A stretch of 64,000 nucleotides of DNA, from assembly GCA_963740355.1 (NCBI GenBank), contig CAVUDW010000003.1:992001-1056000 (forward strand), in the 5' to 3' direction. The notes beneath the pieces are model-generated. The model ran no database searches, was not told where the DNA came from, and saw only the letters and a list, made by a program, of their open reading frames with translations. Position 1 is the stretch's first letter. Every line of letters begins with the position of its first letter. Below are positions 59,620 to 64,000 of this stretch, in pieces. The stretch is from an uncultured Gemmatimonadaceae bacterium. Its GTDB lineage: Bacteria > Gemmatimonadota > Gemmatimonadetes > Gemmatimonadales > Gemmatimonadaceae. The position numbers and the translations under genes were made by a program.

Positions 59620-60279
59620 CTAGAAGATCCGGAACGACAGCATCACGGGCACCAGGTAGAGCGGCCCGACGGACGACTGGGCCCGCATCACATCGGCCGA
59701 GAGGACGAACCGGGAGTCGGGCTTGCCAAGCGGTGCCGAGGCCCCGACGCGCCATCCCCAACCCGACGCAGTGGTTCGGATGTAGGCGATGGACGCAGGA
59801 GCGGAGGGCGAGCCGGTGGCACCGTCCACGTGTGAGCTGCGAAGCCACACCGGACCGGCGCGAAGGTGGAGTGGGACACTCGCGAACGGTTCGAATTCGA
59901 TCGCTGGTGCGAAGCCGAGCATCGACGATTGGGGCCCACGCTCGCGGATTGGCTGCTGGCCGCGCGTTCCGAGCACCGTATCGGAGGCGAATGGCCACCC
60001 GAGCAGGTCAACGAAGTCTCCGCCGCTCGGCGCGGCGGCGAGCGCCTCGACGCGAAGTTGCGCGAAGGTCGAGAGTCGGAGGCTCACCGCCGCGCTGGCA
60101 GATATACCACTGCGGCGGGAGGGGTTGCCGAAGGGCACATCGGTGACCGCGCTTCCACCGATTCCGACCGCAAACGACGTGGTTCCTGGTTCGGACCGCT
60201 CCGTCTGTCCGCGGAGGGATGGCGCGGCGGCAACGATCACAGCAAAGCCCAGCGAAAGCAGTCGGAGCGACACGAACAC
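59620..60279 (-). CDS. Small outer-membrane beta-barrel-like protein
   Basis: Signal peptide, alternating beta-strands and C-terminal VPVMLSFRIF. Confidence 0.55.
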   Translation of the reverse strand: MFVSLRLLSLGFAVIVAAAPSLRGQTERSEPGTTSFAVGIGGSAVTDVPFGNPSRRSGISASAAVSLRLSTFAQLRVEALAAAPSGGDFVDLLGWPFASDTVLGTRGQQPIRERGPQSSMLGFAPAIEFEPFASVPLHLRAGPVWLRSSHVDGATGSPSAPASIAYIRTTASGWGWRVGASAPLGKPDSRFVLSADVMRAQSSVGPLYLVPVMLSFRIF

Positions 60280-60442
60280 CTCGGAGGAGACCGGGATCCT
60301 GGCGACGGCTGATTGGTACCATGATAAACCTATCGGGTTCCACCGCGTTCCCGCTCACCCCCTGATCGGCGCAGGCACGGTGCAGCTTCGCCCGCTCACC
60401 CCATTGCTCCGTCTGCTCGTTCACGCCCCTCGCCCGTCACAT

Positions 60443-60652
60443 TCAGCCCCGAAAGAGCGTCACCCGGTGCGACCCGTCGCAAAAGGGCGCCTCGCGCGAG
60501 GCGCCACACCGACAGAGTGCCATCGAGTCCGCTTCGCGGATCAGTGTGCCATCGGCCGACTCGAGCCGAACCGGTCCCTGCAATACCAGCGGGCCGTTGT
60601 GTCGCAACCGGATCAGCAGTCGTGGCGTATTGTCATTGTCGGCTCCATTCAT
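60443..60652 (-). CDS. CDGSH-type iron-sulfur (NEET-like) domain protein
   Basis: NGPLVLQG and LCRCGASREAPFCDGSH. Confidence 0.9.
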   Translation of the reverse strand: MNGADNDNTPRLLIRLRHNGPLVLQGPVRLESADGTLIREADSMALCRCGASREAPFCDGSHRVTLFRG

Positions 60653-60697
60653 GCAAGCAATTTACGTTGCTACCGACACCACTATCACGGAGAGACG

Positions 60698-61165
60698 ATG
60701 ACCGAAGTCGCGCCACGCAAGATCCTGATCGCCAGTTTCGCCACTCCGGGCGGCGCCGACGCCTCCCTGCACCTTCTGAAGGCCGCACCAGTCAGCCTCG
60801 GCAATGTCGCCGTCGTGAAGCGCGACGCGAACGGCAAGGTCGAGTTCACCGAGTCGCAGGACTGGGGCATCGGCAAGAGCGCGCTGGTTGGCGCGATTGC
60901 GGGTTTGCTCCTGCCGGGTGTGGGCACGATCACCATGGCCGCCGGCGGCGCACTGGCCGCGTATTTCATCGACCTTGGCTTTCCTGACCCGCTCCTCAAG
61001 CAGATGGGCGAAGGGCTCGACCAGAACAGCTCGATGCTGGTCGCACTCGTCGACGAGGCAGGCCTGGCGCGTGCCAGCGAAGTGATCTCGCAGGCGGGCG
61101 GCACCGTGTCCGGCACGAGCACCGAGACGGACCTCGCGGCCGCCATGGCGACGATGAAGCGGTAG
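60698..61165 (+). CDS. DUF1269-like glycine-zipper membrane protein
   Basis: AVVKRDANGKV, GAIAGLL, DLGFPD and SSMLVALV. GGAG RBS. Confidence 0.75.
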   Translation: MTEVAPRKILIASFATPGGADASLHLLKAAPVSLGNVAVVKRDANGKVEFTESQDWGIGKSALVGAIAGLLLPGVGTITMAAGGALAAYFIDLGFPDPLLKQMGEGLDQNSSMLVALVDEAGLARASEVISQAGGTVSGTSTETDLAAAMATMKR

Positions 61166-61186
61166 TCGATCACGCAGTTGTTGAAC

Positions 61187-61227
61187 GCAGAACGGCGCTC
61201 CCGAGACGGAGCGCCGTTCTGTTTTTT
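61187..61227 (+). terminator. Intrinsic terminator (possibly bidirectional)
   Basis: GCAGAACGGCGCTCC-loop-GGAGCGCCGTTCTGT followed by a T-tract, between convergent genes. Confidence 0.85.
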
Positions 61228-61258
61228 GCCGTGTGTCCCTACTGCGGTCGTACGCGAA

Positions 61259-62611
61259 TCAGACCGTGATCCGCTGCTGTACCCAATTGCGGACCTGGTC
61301 CATCGCCACGCGAACCTGCGCCAGCGAATCACGTTCACGGATGGTCACGCTCTGGTCATTCGCCGATTCGCTGTCGATGGTCACGCAGAACGGCGTGCCA
61401 ACTTCATCCTGACGGCGATAGCGCTTGCCGATGCTGCCCGTCTCGTCGTAGTCGGTGTGGAAGGCACGCCGCAATTCGTCGGCGAGCTTCGTCGCCATCT
61501 CGGGCTGGCCATCCTTCTTCGTCAGCGGGAAGACCGCAGCCTTGATCGGTGCCAGCGCCGGATGCAAGCCAAGCACCACGCGCCCTTCGTCCTCACCGGC
61601 CACTGACTCCTCGCGGTAGCCGTTCACCAGCGCGGCCAGCGTGGTACGATCCGCACCCACCGACGTCTCGATCACGTACGGCAGATACCGCTTGTTTGCC
61701 TGCTGGTCGAAATATTCGAGCTTCTTGCCGCTGAACTGCTGGTGCTGCGACAGGTCGAAGTCGCCGCGATTGTGGATCCCTTCGATCTCCTGGAAGCCCA
61801 GCGTACCACCGAAGTCGAAGGTGATGTCGAACGCCGCGCGGGCATAGTGCGCCAGTTCACCCGCTTCATGCTGGTGGTACTGGAGCCGATCCGGCGACAA
61901 GCCGATCGAGTGGTGCCAGGCCAGGCGATCGGCCTTCCACTTCTCGAAGTGCTCCATGTCCGTGCCCGGCTCGACGAAGAACTGCATCTCCATCTGCTCG
62001 AACTCACGGGTGCGGAAGATGAAATTGCCCGGCGTGATTTCGTTGCGGAACGCCTTGCCGATCTGCGCGATGCCGAACGGCACCTTCTGGCGACAGCTCT
62101 GCTGCACGTTGAGGAAGTTCACGAAGATGCCCTGTGCCGTTTCCGGTCGCAGGTAGATCGTGCTCGCACTTTCCTCGACCGGCCCCATGAACGTCTTGAA
62201 CATGAGGTTGAACATCCGCGGCTCGGTCAACTGACAGGCGTCGTGCTGGCCCGGCATCTTGCTCGGCTTCTGCGGGCAACGCGCATCTTCCAGCTTGTCG
62301 GCGCGGAAGCGGCCCTTGCAGGTCTTGCAATCGACGAGTGGATCGGTGAAACCTGCGACGTGACCGCTGGCTTCCCAGGTCTTCGGGTGCATCAGGATCG
62401 CGGCATCGAGTCCTTCGACGTCATCGCGCAGGCGGACCATGCTAGTCCACCAGAGATCCTTGAGGTTCTTCTTCAGCTCCACACCAAGTGGGCCGTAGTC
62501 CCAGACGCTGCCGGTGCCGCCGTAAATTTCGGAGCTCTGGAAGATGAAGCCGCGGCGTTTGCACAACGACACGAGCTTGTCCATCACATCGGGATGGGCG
62601 CTGGCTGACAT
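61259..62611 (-). CDS. glyQS: Glycine--tRNA ligase, homodimeric (alpha2) type
   Basis: Motifs [43 protein letters not shown] and [14 protein letters not shown]. Confidence 0.96.
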   Translation of the reverse strand: MSASAHPDVMDKLVSLCKRRGFIFQSSEIYGGTGSVWDYGPLGVELKKNLKDLWWTSMVRLRDDVEGLDAAILMHPKTWEASGHVAGFTDPLVDCKTCKGRFRADKLEDARCPQKPSKMPGQHDACQLTEPRMFNLMFKTFMGPVEESASTIYLRPETAQGIFVNFLNVQQSCRQKVPFGIAQIGKAFRNEITPGNFIFRTREFEQMEMQFFVEPGTDMEHFEKWKADRLAWHHSIGLSPDRLQYHQHEAGELAHYARAAFDITFDFGGTLGFQEIEGIHNRGDFDLSQHQQFSGKKLEYFDQQANKRYLPYVIETSVGADRTTLAALVNGYREESVAGEDEGRVVLGLHPALAPIKAAVFPLTKKDGQPEMATKLADELRRAFHTDYDETGSIGKRYRRQDEVGTPFCVTIDSESANDQSVTIRERDSLAQVRVAMDQVRNWVQQRITV

Positions 62612-62865
62612 CGGCTGACCTCTGAGTTTGGCGCCCCTGGATGCCGCGAACAGGCGTCGCGACTGGGTGGGGTGCACTGGTCTGGACAAGTTACTGGGCA
62701 CACGAAGTGCCTGACGGCGGCCAGAGCGGCGACCTCACCCGCTTGCCAGAGGGCGGCGCACCGTCGATTCTGCTGCCAGCGATGTCGCGGGGACCTGAAG
62801 CATGGTCGGCGCGTACAACGCCCAACCGCCTCTTCCCAACCTTTCCAGAATCCTGAGAGTCGAAC

Positions 62866-64000
62866 GTGCTGCGGTGGCGTGATGCGAAGCGAGTGATGTA
62901 TGCCCTTGTGGCCGCGCAACCAGCCCTGCTGGCAGCCCAGACCAACATCAGCGGGATCGTCCGCGACAGTCTGGCCAACAAGCCGTTCATGGGTGCGACG
63001 GTACAACTGGTGCCGAGCGCAACTCCGTGGGCGACTGGTCGCACCATGAAGACCGACTCCATCGGTCGGTACGCGTTTGCCGGCGTCCTCCCCGGCCGCT
63101 ACGTGCTCGGCTTTCAGCATCCTCGACTCGACTCGCTTGGCATGGACGCCGTCAGTCGCACGGTGGATGTCTCGAAGGCTGTACCGATCCTGCGAGCCGA
63201 CCTGGCACTGCCGAGTGGACGGACGTTCGTGACGACGCTCTGCGGGGCACGCACGGACAGCACGACTGGTGCGCTGATCGGTCGTGTCTTCAATGCAGAC
63301 GACGGCGCGTCGCTGACCGGCGGGAGCGTGGTGGTACGCTGGGCTGAACTTCGGATCGACAACGGCGGTGTGCGCAGCGTGCCGCAGCAGGTGGTGGTGT
63401 CGTTCGGCAGCGATGGCCGCTACGTCGCATGCGGTGTTCCGACCGATGCGCCCCTGCAGGTGCAGGCGCGCACCGGAAGTGCCACGGCCACCGATCCTGC
63501 GGCCAAGCTGGTGACGAGTGGTGAAATCGAGGTCGCGTTCACACCGCAGATTCCGCTGCTGCACCGCGACCTCTTGATCGCCACGCCGGTCGCTGACTCG
63601 ACGCTGGCTGCAGCCAACGCCGCGCGATTGAGCGGACGGGTGATCGCTGCCGACGGCACGCCCGTCTCAGGTGCGCGCATCGCAGTGCACGGCACGACGA
63701 TCGCGACGACCGCGGATACGAATGGTGTCTTTCGTGCGAGCGGAATTCCGCCCGGCACGCGCGCCCTGGATGTCACCGCGATCGGCTACGCGCCGGCACG
63801 GGCCTCGGCCGATTTCCGACCGAATCGCGAGTCCGCGATCACGGTACGGATCGGGGGCAAGGTTGCCACCCTTGGCGCGGTCAAGGTGACCGGCACCAGT
63901 GGCGCCGATCGCAGCGGGTTCATCGCGCGACGTGCACGCGGCGTGGGCTACTTCCTCGACGCCAATACGATGGAGCAGCGCGGCGCACAAAGTGTGTCGC
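62866..64000 (+). CDS. Exported protein with tandem carboxypeptidase-regulatory-like domains, truncated by the window end
   Basis: Frame is open to the window end and absent from the ORF track because it has no stop. Translated by hand: ISGIVRDSLANKPFMGATV, TDSIGRY and LSGRVIAADGTPVSGARI..ADTNGVF. Confidence 0.75.
   Translation, partial: MLRWRDAKRVMYALVAAQPALLAAQTNISGIVRDSLANKPFMGATVQLVPSATPWATGRTMKTDSIGRYAFAGVLPGRYVLGFQHPRLDSLGMDAVSRTVDVSKAVPILRADLALPSGRTFVTTLCGARTDSTTGALIGRVFNADDGASLTGGSVVVRWAELRIDNGGVRSVPQQVVVSFGSDGRYVACGVPTDAPLQVQARTGSATATDPAAKLVTSGEIEVAFTPQIPLLHRDLLIATPVADSTLAAANAARLSGRVIAADGTPVSGARIAVHGTTIATTADTNGVFRASGIPPGTRALDVTAIGYAPARASADFRPNRESAITVRIGGKVATLGAVKVTGTSGADRSGFIARRARGVGYFLDANTMEQRGAQSVS

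Noticed and set aside
59789..60697. 458-aa plus-strand ORF 59789-61165
   Set aside because: The 5' part is an antisense shadow of two minus-strand genes. Only 60698-61165 has an RBS and a recognisable domain.
62612..62865. T-box or glycine riboswitch upstream of glyQS
   Set aside because: No GGUGGNACCGCG T-box or tandem glycine aptamer motifs were found.

Overview
GC-rich bacterial chromosomal segment with about 50 CDS. Gene content (CarboxypepD_reg/TonB-like outer-membrane proteins, a VPS10/BNR hydrolase, homodimeric GlyRS) is consistent with Gemmatimonadota, which is an inference. Most genes are housekeeping or envelope genes: msrB, class II ribonucleotide reductase, peptidoglycan recycling (murQ-anmK-nagZ, amidase, dipeptide epimerase), ggt, ccdA, fur, ohr, priA, corA and glyQS. 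Four features stand out. (1) A complete IS110-family (IS621-like) element at 28526-29675 sits in a REP-like repeat. Its left end encodes a bridge RNA whose donor and target guides can be matched by eye to the element ends and the insertion site. (2) A ~15 kb translationally coupled minus-strand operon has a ubiquitin-like protein directly preceding a frameshifted MoxR AAA+/DUF58/BatA/DUF4175/DUF4159 module, followed by a deacetylase, CorA, an orphan GvpL/F, a Ser/Thr kinase, an epimerase and priA. (3) A stress island encodes a baeRF3 (Balon-like) factor, USP, MarR, an APC permease and a CPA2 antiporter. (4) There are several REP/REPIN-like inverted and tandem repeats. No tRNA, rRNA or CRISPR array was seen. 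All family calls come from motifs read by eye; no database search was run.
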